A DNA stretch of 64,000 bases from the IMG/VR virus record IMGVR_UViG_3300034061_006808, positions 4,336-68,335 of that record, one strand, 5' to 3'. Under the pieces are notes generated by a model. That model was not told the DNA's origin, searched no databases, and worked only from the letters and a program-made list of their open reading frames with translations. Both the position numbers and the translations under genes were made by a program. Positions 63,610 to 64,000 of this stretch are shown one piece after another; within the stretch, counting starts at the first letter, position 1, and each line of letters opens with the position of its first letter. This DNA is from a virus.

Positions 63610-64000
63610 CCAACCCACTCAAAACGCTCCGATACACGCCGAAATCCGAACTCACCAAAGCCCACGAACCCTTCGCCGGACCCTACCGACCGAGCGAAGC
63701 CGCTTGGCTTTTCTCACTGATCGAGGACGCGCGAAAACAACGCCACGGAGTCTATTTCACACGCTCCGGGCAAGACTCGCGAATGACCACCACCGTCTAT
63801 CTCAAACGCTCCGAATTCGCGCTCGGCGACGAGCAAAAACTCCGCCACATTTTCGAGACAATTGACAAACAAACCGCCGCAAATCTCGGCCTCGAAATCC
63901 TGCTCGCAGCCCCGGCGGAATCCTTCTCGCAATGCGTGCGCTGGATCGCCGACATCGCCCACCTCGGGCACATGCCCCACTTTATCCGAAACGCTGGAGA
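63603..64000 (+). CDS. Hypothetical protein, 3'-truncated by the window
   Basis: Open from ATG 63603 (MLTNPLKTLRYTPKSEL...) to the window end. Confidence 0.55.
   Translation, partial: MLTNPLKTLRYTPKSELTKAHEPFAGPYRPSEAAWLFSLIEDARKQRHGVYFTRSGQDSRMTTTVYLKRSEFALGDEQKLRHIFETIDKQTAANLGLEILLAAPAESFSQCVRWIADIAHLGHMPHFIRNAG
63850..63868 (+). promoter_or_regulatory. Degenerate operator-like motif copy (TTTTCGAGACAATTGACAA)
   Basis: The last 15 nt are identical to the 1880 and 35327 copies. Confidence 0.6.

Larger units (their letters stand above)
1..64000 (+). mobile_element. Temperate podovirus-like bacteriophage genome segment, in excised/non-integrated configuration
   Basis: Terminase, portal, scaffold, capsid, lysis, integrase and replication genes are present. 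No host housekeeping genes. The tRNA 3' fragment (att core) has phage genes on both sides. No tape-measure or sheath gene recognised. Confidence 0.93.

Noticed and set aside
1880-63868. The 19-bp repeats as a CRISPR array or as transposon ends
   Set aside because: Copies are dispersed kilobases apart with no regular spacers, no cas or transposase gene and no target-site duplications.

Overview
The window is a large, probably near-complete part of a temperate, podovirus-like dsDNA phage genome. It is almost entirely + strand and tightly packed, with many ATGA overlaps. Gene order: small HTH/Zn-finger genes; terminase large subunit flanked by large disordered proteins; one 7,146-aa polyvalent (putatively injected) protein filling a third of the window; portal; fibre genes; lysis cassette; scaffold; N4-type major capsid; adaptor; nozzle; an intact attP (tRNA-Ser 3' end with GTTGCCA arm repeats); tyrosine integrase; two RHH regulators and an Xis-like gene; RecT/RecE; VRR-NUC; replication initiator; DnaB. 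The integrase and Xis sequence style suggests a Verrucomicrobiota host (inference). Main observations: (1) a complete initiator-like tRNA-Met(CAT) cloverleaf lies in frame inside the giant CDS. (2) The giant protein's enzyme modules (ART, JAB, LPD5/LPD1 zincin, LPD3, TGT/DpdA-like, Zn ribbon, HhH-glycosylase-like) are separated by one recurring L-x-A-K-[PSA] linker, suggesting a processed polyprotein or cassette-exchange system. (3) A 19-bp pseudo-palindrome TTGCCGA-GACAW-THGRCAA occurs 16 times, always oriented with transcription, like a genome-wide operator/stoperator network. (4) The peptide FFT..KVIPITA is shared by otherwise unrelated putative cargo proteins. All family assignments come from motif recognition by eye; no searches were run.
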